A stretch of 64,000 nucleotides of DNA from a virus. The notes beneath the pieces were generated by a model that saw nothing but the letters and a program-made list of their open reading frames with translations, did no database searches and had not been told where the DNA came from. Shown piece after piece: positions 54,445 to 61,457 of the stretch. Location of the stretch: IMG/VR virus record IMGVR_UViG_3300025570_000007; one strand, given 5' to 3'. Within the stretch, counting starts at the first letter, position 1. Every line of letters begins with the position of its first letter. The position numbers and the translations under genes are program-made.

Positions 54445-54529
54445 TGTTCAAGGGAATGGGTGCAGTGGGATATTGTTAATTAGATTTGAAGTCTGAGTCG
54501 AAGTAACCCGGTTGCTAACCACTTGAATA
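54445..54529 (-). ncRNA. Y-RNA-like element Y3 (anticodon-loop-like cargo)
   Basis: UUCAAGUGGUUA..GGGUUACUUCG / AUCCC..UUCCCUUGAA; internal AGA-CUUCAAA-UCU. Confidence 0.7.
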
Positions 54530-54534
54530 TGTTG

Positions 54535-54690
54535 TTATAAGGGAATGGGTGATGACAGCTAGTTTTAACGCGCCTTTACCAATTTGGCCACCTCCCAAGA
54601 TTTCTTACTTTCTTAGTTGGGAGGGAAGGACTCGAACCTCCAAATACGTGCTCTAAATGCGATGTAACTGTATTATCTTACCACTTATAA
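54535..54690 (-). ncRNA. YrlA-like RNA Y4 (permuted tRNA-like domain)
   Basis: shared stem enclosing T-arm GGAGGUUCGAGUCCUUC, closed acceptor CCUCCCAA/UUGGGAGG, then D-arm GCCAAAUUGGUAAAGGC. Confidence 0.85.
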
Positions 54691-54697
54691 TATGTTT

Positions 54698-54845
54698 AAA
54701 AATAAAGAAGGGAACGGCTAACAGAGTGTATATCGTGCTCTACCAACTGAGCTACTGAAGGGATATATTCCCCCAGGCTGGATTCGAACCAGCGACCACG
54801 TCGTTACAAGCGAAGTAATTCTTATTATTACCACTTTTTATTTTT
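54698..54845 (-). ncRNA. YrlA-like RNA Y5 (permuted tRNA-like domain)
   Basis: shared stem enclosing T-arm GCUGGUUCGAAUCCAGC, closed acceptor CUGGGGGA/UCCCUUCAG, D-arm GCUCAGUUGGUAGAGC. Confidence 0.85.
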
Positions 54846-54968
54846 TTGTATTTCAATGAACTTTATAGATATTTCTATCTTATAGTATAGAGATAAGTTT
54901 TTTAGTCTTATCTAGCAACTCTATTCTACTTTAATTTGAAAAAAGATTTTCTATTGGATAATATACTG

Positions 54969-55040
54969 TGTCCCCAGCAGGATTTGAACCTGCGACCAAT
55001 TCGTTATGAGCGAACCACTCTACCGCTGAGTTATAAGGAC
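54969..55040 (-). tRNA. tRNA-Met/Ile2 (CAT)
   Basis: cloverleaf; loop CUCAUAA. Confidence 0.9.
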
Positions 55041-55158
55041 ATTATTAAAGAGAGTTTCGGGTCTTTCAAGGTTACTTCCCTATAGCGAGGCTAACCTTTA
55101 CCTATATCGCCAGCTGTTATGAAGCTTCACTACTCTCCTTAATGGTTTTTAAAATTAG

Positions 55159-55229
55159 AAGCGGTCGTGGGACTCGAACCCAACCGTAGGGTTATGAGCC
55201 CTGCATGCTACCAGTTACAACACCCCGCG
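55159..55229 (-). tRNA. tRNA-fMet-like (CAT), imperfect acceptor stem
   Basis: GGG/CCC anticodon stem, C1 mismatch; two extra acceptor mismatches. Confidence 0.7.
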
Positions 55230-55255
55230 ATGTTACTTTCTATTAAACTAATTAG

Positions 55256-55328
55256 CGGTCCACATGGGGGTCGAACCCACAATCTTCGCCGTGACAGGGC
55301 GACATGTTACCAACAACACTTCTGAACC
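55256..55328 (-). tRNA. tRNA-Asp (GTC)
   Basis: loop CUGUCAC. Confidence 0.85.
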
Positions 55329-55471
55329 GGTTACCTTTACATTCCAAAGGTTAAGCAGGTTTCGTTAATGGACTTTCCTTCCTTGTTTAGACTATCTGTT
55401 TTTACGCCTATATTTCAAAACTGGACTTGTTATCTAATATTCACTTAAGTAGTCATCTTAAGTTAGTTTTG

Positions 55472-55544
55472 TGGAGCCAATGGGATTCGAACCCACATCC
55501 TTTTCGTTGCAAACGAAATGCTCAGCCAGTTGAGCTATGACCCC
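55472..55544 (-). tRNA. tRNA-Ala (TGC)
   Basis: loop UUUGCAA; G3:U70. Confidence 0.92.
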
Positions 55545-55626
55545 TAGTAAAAGTAGTTAATATGACGTTTGCTCAAGTTATGGTTGACTGCTCAGCCGTA
55601 CTTTAACGGTTCTTTAACTACTTTAG

Positions 55627-55698
55627 TACTGCCGAAGGGTTTCGATCCCTCTTTTACACCGTGAAAGGGTGGTGTCCTAGCCAGTAGACGACGGCAGC
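55627..55698 (-). tRNA. tRNA-Glu (TTC)
   Basis: loop CUUUCAC. Confidence 0.88.
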
Positions 55699-55804
55699 AT
55701 TTAAATAGTAGGTAAGCTCCACATTTTCACTTACCTAACTTAGCGACCTCTATGGTTGTGAATCCATTTTAAAGGGGTTCCTCGGTTCTAAGTTTACTAT
55801 TTAG

Positions 55805-55877
55805 AGCGGATGATGGGATTCGAACCCACAACATTTAGCTTGGAAGGCTAAGACTCTACCAGTTGAGCTACATCCGC
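55805..55877 (-). tRNA. tRNA-Gly (TCC)
   Basis: loop CUUCCAA. Confidence 0.92.
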
Positions 55878-55882
55878 ACTTT

Positions 55883-56128
55883 CTATTTCCTGTATGCTGC
55901 TTTTATATCTTCAACACTAAACCAATCATATTCTTTCAAATCAGAAAGAAACCAGTGACATTTATAATCAAAGATATTATAACTTGGAAATACTTTTCTG
56001 TAAGAATTACCGTCAGCGATTTTGTGAGGGTATCTTCTTACTGCTTTACTTGCCATCCTTTTAGCGTGTGGAGTATAGTTTCTGCTATAATCTGATACGA
56101 CAGGATGTTTCTTTTTACTTCTGCTCAT
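55883..56128 (-). CDS. small basic hypothetical protein
   Basis: 81-aa ORF between tRNAs. Confidence 0.65.
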   Translation of the reverse strand: MSRSKKKHPVVSDYSRNYTPHAKRMASKAVRRYPHKIADGNSYRKVFPSYNIFDYKCHWFLSDLKEYDWFSVEDIKAAYRK

Positions 56129-56200
56129 TGTTTTCTAGTTTAACGATTAACGTAACTAGAATACAGAGTTTTTAAATTTAGTCATAGTGTTTACTTTTTG

Positions 56201-56273
56201 AGCCTCTAACCGGGATCGAACCGATGACAATCACGTTACAAATGTGATGCTCTACCAACTGAGCTATAGAGGC
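56201..56273 (-). tRNA. tRNA-Thr (TGT)
   Basis: loop UUUGUAA. Confidence 0.92.
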
Positions 56274-56405
56274 AATTAAATTAGAATAGCGCTTGAATGC
56301 CTTTTAAGTTCTCCATCAACCTCTAACTTTTATTAAAAATAACTTGTGTTATTCAACAATATTAATTTCAACTGTTTCTAGCTACACAATAGTTATTTTC
56401 TTTTG

Positions 56406-56480
56406 TACCTGAGAAGGGATTCGAACCCTCATGACCTAGAACCTAAATCTAGTGCGTAATGCCATTTCCGCCACTCAGGC
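56406..56480 (-). tRNA. tRNA-Leu (TAG), short variable loop
   Basis: CUAGA-UUUAGGU-UCUAG. Confidence 0.82.
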
Positions 56481-56490
56481 ATCTCTTATT

Positions 56491-56510
56491 ATCCAATATG
56501 TCAATGATCT
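56491..56510 (-). promoter_or_regulatory. boxA-like antitermination element
   Basis: AGATCATTGACATATTGGAT, identical to 61598-61617, between promoter and first tRNA. Confidence 0.55.
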
Positions 56511-56752
56511 CACTACTATTATACCATAAATATACGAAGTTCTACTTTACCTACAAACTTTTTCTACTTATTTCTAATTATTTCTTCAATAATAGTGTAC
56601 CTGCTAGGGTAACTTGCAATAACATCTGTTTGGGACAAAAAAGTTATTCTTCCTTTATTTACTATATATGAATCTGCTATTATTTCTTTATAGAACTTAG
56701 CTGATGGCATATTAATATATAATTTATACTTACTCATACTATTTTAATTTAG

Positions 56753-56824
56753 AGGGACATATCGGGATCGAACCGATGTAAATAGTTTTGCAGACTATCA
56801 CCTAAGCCATTCGGCCAATGTCCC
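56753..56824 (-). tRNA. tRNA-Cys (GCA)
   Basis: loop CUGCAAA; U73. Confidence 0.9.
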
Positions 56825-56948
56825 TTAGGTTCTTCTTCTACTATTTTTTCTGTTGTTGCGTTCATTGTAACTGATTTTTAAATTAATCTTTTAACTGTTA
56901 TTGAGACCTAAATATAATGATTAGATCTCAATTAACCAACTTTCTTGT

Positions 56949-57500
56949 TTAGAAAAGTAAATAAGGTTTCCACTCTTCCGGAATGTATGTTGTCTTCTTT
57001 AGTAACATTAAATAGTGTGGACGTTGTGGTTTTGGTATATTTTTTGTATACTCTTCTACCATTAGATCCGCTTTTTCCCCATTACATTTCTTACAAGCTG
57101 TTACTAGATTATCCCATGCGTTTGGTCCTCCTTTTGATTGAGGAATAACGTGATCTAACGTAAGTAACTTTTTTGTAGTCTGTCCACAATATACACACTC
57201 GAAATTATCTCTTTTATAGATATTCTCTCTTGTTAGTGGTACCTTTTGAAAGTTAAGTTTCACATAAGTGAATACTCTAATAATTGATGGTTTATTAATC
57301 TCTAAATTTGGATTAACAACACCGAATGTCTCTGGGTATTCTGCTATAATGTCTGCATTACCTTTAAAAGAGATTACGAAAGCTCTTTCAGTAGTGATAA
57401 TGCTTCTAGGAATATAGCTAGAATCGACTACCAGAGTTTTACTGTAGCGATTTTTCATAATTTCTACTTTTTGGGTTAATGAAACATTTTCTTTTTCCAT
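56949..57500 (-). CDS. HNH endonuclease
   Basis: RDNFECVYCG, TLDHVIPQSKGG, NLVTACKKCN..K. Confidence 0.9.
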   Translation of the reverse strand: MEKENVSLTQKVEIMKNRYSKTLVVDSSYIPRSIITTERAFVISFKGNADIIAEYPETFGVVNPNLEINKPSIIRVFTYVKLNFQKVPLTRENIYKRDNFECVYCGQTTKKLLTLDHVIPQSKGGPNAWDNLVTACKKCNGEKADLMVEEYTKNIPKPQRPHYLMLLKKTTYIPEEWKPYLLF

Positions 57501-57556
57501 ATGCTAAAGATCGCATATAATTATAACTCTACCAACTAAATTAGTAGTTTTCTTTG

Positions 57557-57629
57557 CACGCCTGGAAGGAATCGAACCTTCAACCTTTAGTTTTGGAGAC
57601 TACTGCTCTACCGATTGAGCTACAGACGT
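57557..57629 (-). tRNA. tRNA-Trp (CCA)
   Basis: loop CUCCAAA; G73. Confidence 0.9.
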
Positions 57630-57787
57630 ATTTACTATGCCACTAATCTACTCTTAGTCTTCCACTTAACTCTGTAAGCGGTTTTGAAGGCTTTACTACG
57701 TCTTGTATTGGCGTAGCCGATCCTTAGCGATTCTTGGTTTCCCATTAAATTACTCATTGATTTATTATTTAAAAATTTATATTTGAA

Positions 57788-58477
57788 TTAGTAGGCTATT
57801 TTTGCCCAACGTGTCTTTCCGCTCCAGATACTGTCTTTCAGTAGTATGAACGGTTGACCCTTAAGTACTACATCCCCTTTTCTTTGTGATTCTTTTGATT
57901 TTCCTATAACTCCCACTCTTATACTACGAGCAGTTTTCGCTTTCCACAGTATAGTGCTTCCTTCTACAGGCTCTATCAGCAATTCTCCTGTTGATTCCTG
58001 TATCTGTACATACCCTTTTTTGGTTAGTAGCTCTTTAATCTTATTTAAAACCTCTCCATCTTTATCTCCTCTCAATTTAATATAATCGGTGTAAGCTTCC
58101 ACAGTATTTTGGTCTTGTGCATAATCCCATAACTGGTATGTGTTTTTTTCTATCTCTAAGTGTACCTGTCTTAAGGAATCATAAGAGATTTTAATAATCT
58201 CTAATTTTACCTTCTCTCCTTGTAGATTTTCTTCTGAGATTTTTAAATCTTCCACTAAAAGTTCTGCTACATCTTTAAGTTTATTTGTTCTTAGCAGTAG
58301 TTCATTTTTTGCATCTCTTTCTCTTACTACCTCGTGTTTTGTCTCAACTGCATAGAATGCAGTAAGGAAGGAAACTATAACTAGTAACACTACTACGCCC
58401 CAAAGTACATTATTAATTGCCCTACTTTTTCGGGCATTCTTATTTGTTACTGCTATTAACTCCTTAATATTACTCAT
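57788..58477 (-). CDS. membrane-anchored coiled-coil protein
   Basis: single TM followed by heptad repeats. Confidence 0.7.
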   Translation of the reverse strand: MSNIKELIAVTNKNARKSRAINNVLWGVVVLLVIVSFLTAFYAVETKHEVVRERDAKNELLLRTNKLKDVAELLVEDLKISEENLQGEKVKLEIIKISYDSLRQVHLEIEKNTYQLWDYAQDQNTVEAYTDYIKLRGDKDGEVLNKIKELLTKKGYVQIQESTGELLIEPVEGSTILWKAKTARSIRVGVIGKSKESQRKGDVVLKGQPFILLKDSIWSGKTRWAKIAY

Positions 58478-58490
58478 AATTATAAACTAT

Positions 58491-58901
58491 TTATGTGCTG
58501 ATATATAATGCTAAATCACTCTCTACTGCTGTTATATCTTGTTCTGAATTAGGAAGTATCCCGTTTTCAATCCTGTTTACAGTTTTATCGAAGATTCGTA
58601 AGCCGTTTAGTTTCTGCTTTTGTACTTTTACTACGTTAAAGGACTTTGAAGCAAATGCTACCGGAAGTACCTCCCCTACAAACCCTGTTACTGTTCCCAT
58701 ATGTTCCCATAGCCCCTGTAATTTTGTAAGGAGTTCTGGCTTAAGTACGAAGAGAAGTCCAACAGCTACTGCAAGTACTATACCAACTATTATATAGGTA
58801 CGGGCTAATTTAATACGTGATTCTAAATCCTCTTTATAGAACTCGATATCATCTTTTAAATCTTCTATTAGTATTTTCTGCGCTTTTGACAGTTCTTCCA
58901 T
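58491..58901 (-). CDS. membrane protein
   Basis: one or two hydrophobic helices. Confidence 0.7.
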   Translation of the reverse strand: MEELSKAQKILIEDLKDDIEFYKEDLESRIKLARTYIIVGIVLAVAVGLLFVLKPELLTKLQGLWEHMGTVTGFVGEVLPVAFASKSFNVVKVQKQKLNGLRIFDKTVNRIENGILPNSEQDITAVESDLALYIST

Positions 58902-58925
58902 AATAATAAATAGTTTGGAATATTG

Positions 58926-58998
58926 TACCCCTCCTAGGATTCGAACCTAAAGTCGCCTCTTTAGAAGAGAGGTGCTTTTCCATTTAAGCTACAGGGGC
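58926..58998 (-). tRNA. tRNA-Arg (TCT)
   Basis: loop CUUCUAA. Confidence 0.9.
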
Positions 58999-58999
58999 A

Positions 59000-59215
59000 G
59001 ATACCTAGTTTTCGTACTAGGTAAACGTGAATCCGTGCTCCCTTAGAAACACCTAAATTCAACAGCTGCTAGGCTGCTAATGCAAAGTTGTCGTTTGCGT
59101 AAATACTAATCTACTATCATCCACGTTTTCCATTGTCAAAACCAGTCGGCCCCATGGTCTTAAAAGTCTCATAGTGGAGCCGGAGAGTATCGAACTCTCG
59201 TCCAACGAAATGTCA
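59000..59215 (-). ncRNA. ssrA: permuted two-piece tmRNA, tag ANDNFALAA
   Basis: acceptor piece GGACGAGAGUUCGAUACUCUCCGGCUCCA precedes GGGGCCGACUGGUUUUGAC; G3:U70; tag ORF 59098..59069; outer ends approximate. Confidence 0.9.
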
Positions 59216-59240
59216 ATAATTATCAACGATTTGTATTTTG

Positions 59241-59314
59241 TACCTCCAGTAAGACTCGAACTTACAGGTCTTAACGTCCGTAGCGTTATGTTTTTCCAGT
59301 TAAACTATGAAGGC
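59241..59314 (-). tRNA. tRNA-Arg (ACG)
   Basis: loop CUACGGA. Confidence 0.9.
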
Positions 59315-59379
59315 AGTTGTAGGATATCGCTTAACCTACTAGATGTGATCAATATCTATTTTTTTATACGATTTTTTTG

Positions 59380-59463
59380 TACCCCTGACAAGATTCGAAC
59401 TTGCAAGCCTCTAAGGCAATAGGGCTTAAACCTATCGTGTATCGCCATTTCCACCACAGGGGC
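59380..59463 (-). tRNA. tRNA-Leu (TAA)
   Basis: loop UUUAAGC; long variable arm. Confidence 0.9.
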
Positions 59464-59521
59464 ATTTGTAATGTCAAAAACTTCCCTAACGGAGGAAAAC
59501 TTCATTACGAGCTTATTTTTG

Positions 59522-59594
59522 GGTGAAAGACGGGGCTCGAACCCGCAATCGCTTGGACCACAACCAAGTGCTTTACCATTCAGCTACAATCACC
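59522..59594 (-). tRNA. tRNA-His (GTG)
   Basis: G-1:C73; loop UUGUGGU. Confidence 0.88.
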
Positions 59595-59606
59595 ATGTTG
59601 CTCTCC

Positions 59607-59933
59607 TTAATACTCTTTATATATTGCTAAATTATTTTCTACTAACCAATCACTAACGTTAACTCCTTCTATATACACTTCAGCTAAGTACCTTCCGTAC
59701 TTACCTTTCTTATCTTTTCGGGTCTTAATAGTAACTTCCTTACCTAGTACTAATTCTCTTAACCTATCTCTTGAAAATTTACCTGCTTCTTTTTCTTCTC
59801 CTCTAACTTCAGGAGCATCAATTCGTAGAATTCTTAACGGTTCTGTAAATGTCATGTTAAATCCTAAATCGATTTGTGCTGTTACAGTATCACCATCGTA
59901 AACTTTAATAATTTTTGCTTTGTAAGTATACAT
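59607..59933 (-). CDS. thermonuclease (SNase-like)
   Basis: VYDGDT, RILRIDAPE, GKYGRYLA. Confidence 0.9.
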   Translation of the reverse strand: MYTYKAKIIKVYDGDTVTAQIDLGFNMTFTEPLRILRIDAPEVRGEEKEAGKFSRDRLRELVLGKEVTIKTRKDKKGKYGRYLAEVYIEGVNVSDWLVENNLAIYKEY

Positions 59934-59956
59934 TATATTGTTTATTATAAATATTG

Positions 59957-60028
59957 TACCGATAGAGAATTTTGAAATCTCGACCTATTCCATATGAAGG
60001 AAGTGCTCTGCCTCTGAGCTATATCGGT
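59957..60028 (-). tRNA. tRNA-Met/Ile2 (CAT)
   Basis: loop UUCAUAU. Confidence 0.82.
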
Positions 60029-60037
60029 ATTATTTTG

Positions 60038-60186
60038 TGAACCATAAGGGACTCGAACCCTATACCTCCCCTCCTTTCCTACTTATAAGATCTATTAAGT
60101 ATTCATAATCAACGGAAATCACCAAGTATGTTATTGAAGTCAAGAACCTTAATCGATACAGCTCTCAGTCTCGCAATATACAGCCC
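60038..60186 (-). ncRNA. tRNA-like RNA with acceptor + T-arm and non-tRNA interior
   Basis: GGGCUGU/AUGGUUC-A acceptor (GU-rich); AGGGUUCGAGUCCCU T-arm. Confidence 0.45.
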
Positions 60187-60197
60187 ATATTTTATAG

Positions 60198-60282
60198 CGG
60201 TAGATATGGGATTCGAACCCATGTAGCTTTTACACCCTACTTGTTTAGCAAACAAGCCTCTTTACCGTTTGAGTAATCTACC
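60198..60282 (-). tRNA. tRNA-Ser (GCT)
   Basis: loop UUGCUAA; long variable arm; G73. Confidence 0.9.
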
Positions 60283-60290
60283 AGTTTTTG

Positions 60291-60362
60291 TCGGCCTAGT
60301 AGGATTTGAACCTACGACTTGCTGTGTATCGGACAGCTACTCTACCGCTGAGTTATAGACCG
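60291..60362 (-). tRNA. tRNA-Ile (GAT), C at position 33
   Basis: GCUGU-CCGAUAC-ACAGC. Confidence 0.85.
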
Positions 60363-60486
60363 TGGTGGGGAAGGTTGGATTTGAACCAACAATGTCAAAT
60401 TTCAAGTTTGATTGTTTACCGAAGTAACTCAATTGTATTACTACCATTTCTGAAGAAAGTCTACGCGAGTTGTTTATTTCTTCCCC
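60363..60486 (-). ncRNA. tRNA/Y-module chimera (anticodon UGA; Y module replaces D-arm)
   Basis: GGGGAAG/CUUCCCC-ACCA acceptor, UCAAA-CUUGAAA-UUUGA, T-arm; permuted module closed by GAAA. Confidence 0.8.
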
Positions 60487-60496
60487 ATTTTTACTG

Positions 60497-60570
60497 CTCC
60501 TTAGGTAGGTCTCGAACCTACGACCTATGCATTAACAGTGCACCGCTCTAACCAACTGAGCTACTAAGGA
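60497..60570 (-). tRNA. tRNA-Asn (GTT)
   Basis: loop CUGUUAA. Confidence 0.92.
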
Positions 60571-60576
60571 ATATAG

Positions 60577-60649
60577 TGGCTATTACCGGGATCGAACCGG
60601 TGACACCTAGATCTTCAATCTAGTGCTCTACCTACTGAGCTAAATAGCC
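60577..60649 (-). tRNA. tRNA-Phe (GAA)
   Basis: loop UUGAAGA. Confidence 0.92.
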
Positions 60650-60758
60650 TGGCTGGGGTTTAGAGATTTTGTTTAATACTCTCTCCGGGGCCACCCCCTT
60701 TAAGTACTTTTTCAACCATTTTTTCCTGTTTCCTTCTTTCGGTTAGGTCTCCGCCTCG

Positions 60759-60829
60759 TGCCGCCAGTAGGAATCGAACCTACCCAGTAGAGTTTTACAG
60801 ACTCGCTCGGCACCTTGCCTGTTGTCGGC
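60759..60829 (-). tRNA. atypical tRNA-Tyr (GTA)
   Basis: GAGU-CUGUAAA-ACUC; shortened D-arm; no long variable arm. Confidence 0.65.
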
Positions 60830-60837
60830 TTTAAAAA

Positions 60838-60970
60838 AATTAAGAGAAAGTTTAGAAGAGCTGTTTTGGTTGCAGATACGGGATTTGAACCCGTCACCTA
60901 TTGATTTGAAGTCAATTGCTCTACCATGTGAGCTAATTTGCGAAGTAACTCTTTCCATTACTACTTAATT
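60838..60970 (-). ncRNA. Y-RNA-like element enclosing a whole tRNA
   Basis: AAUUAAGUAGUAA..AAGAGUUACUUCG / AGCUCUU..UUCUCUUAAUU flanking tRNA 60867-60942. Confidence 0.8.
60867..60942 (-). tRNA. tRNA with UCA anticodon (opal-suppressor-like), encoded CCA
   Basis: AUUGA-CUUCAAA-UCAAU; canonical D and T arms; C1:A72 and A5:C68 mismatches. Confidence 0.8.
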
Positions 60971-60973
60971 TTG

Positions 60974-61048
60974 TACTTCTTATAGGATTCGAACCTATGA
61001 CCTCTTGCGTGTAAAACAAGCGCTCTAAACCAACTGAGCTAAAGAAGT
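60974..61048 (-). tRNA. tRNA-Val (TAC)
   Basis: loop UUUACAC. Confidence 0.92.
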
Positions 61049-61054
61049 ATTTTG

Positions 61055-61128
61055 TGCCCCCGACAGGGATCGAACCTGTGACCTTCGAGTTAAAAGCTCG
61101 CTGCTACTGCCTACTGAGCTACGAGGGC
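61055..61128 (-). tRNA. tRNA-Lys (TTT)
   Basis: loop CUUUUAA. Confidence 0.9.
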
Positions 61129-61181
61129 AAATCCGATTCGTGTTTTTAAAGAGAACCGTATATCGGCGAAAAACTCTATTG

Positions 61182-61254
61182 TCGGGATGACAGGAGTTGA
61201 ACCTGCCGCCTCTTGCTCCCAAAGCAAGCGTCTCACCAACGAGACTACATCCCG
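61182..61254 (-). tRNA. tRNA-Pro (TGG)
   Basis: loop UUUGGGA. Confidence 0.9.
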
Positions 61255-61263
61255 GAATTATTG

Positions 61264-61336
61264 TTTCCCCAGCAGGGCTCGAACCTACACTCTTTGATGC
61301 CAAAAACCAACGTGTTACCAATTACACCATGGGGAA
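61264..61336 (-). tRNA. tRNA-Gln (TTG)
   Basis: loop UUUUGGC. Confidence 0.88.
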
Positions 61337-61457
61337 AGTTGCCCGTCTTTCCGGGCGTCAAACGATTGTTCAAGCGGCGAATGCCACTGCGTGGAAGAAA
61401 CCACAATTAAGAACCTCTACTTACCTACTATCGTTACACAGGCGTTGTTTTATTTTG

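Noticed and set aside
54370-54845. CRISPR array reading of the tandem repeats
   Set aside because: Units are degenerate, two-stranded, variable in length and contain tRNA arms. The Cas4-like nuclease at 26245 is a stand-alone phage exonuclease.
54535-54845. tRNA pseudogenes
   Set aside because: Arm order is T, acceptor, D with a closed acceptor loop, which is YrlA topology rather than decay.
55549-55624. Hammerhead-like look (CUGAGCA...AAAC) inside an 11-bp stem
   Set aside because: Core deviates from CUGANGA/GAAA and lacks a proper stem III/UH site; kept only as a structured spacer.
57635-57757. Possible eighth Y module (ACGUAGUAAA...GAGUUA)
   Set aside because: Wrong spacing, no ACUUCG and no UUCY partner; better explained as a 40-aa basic ORF (MSNLMGNQES...).
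60867-60942. tRNA-Sec interpretation of the UCA tRNA
   Set aside because: No long variable arm, no extended acceptor or D stem, and no selA/selB/selD in the window.
60712-61321. Minus-strand ORFs 60712..60897, 60743..60958 and 61025..61321
   Set aside because: They overlap well-formed tRNA genes.
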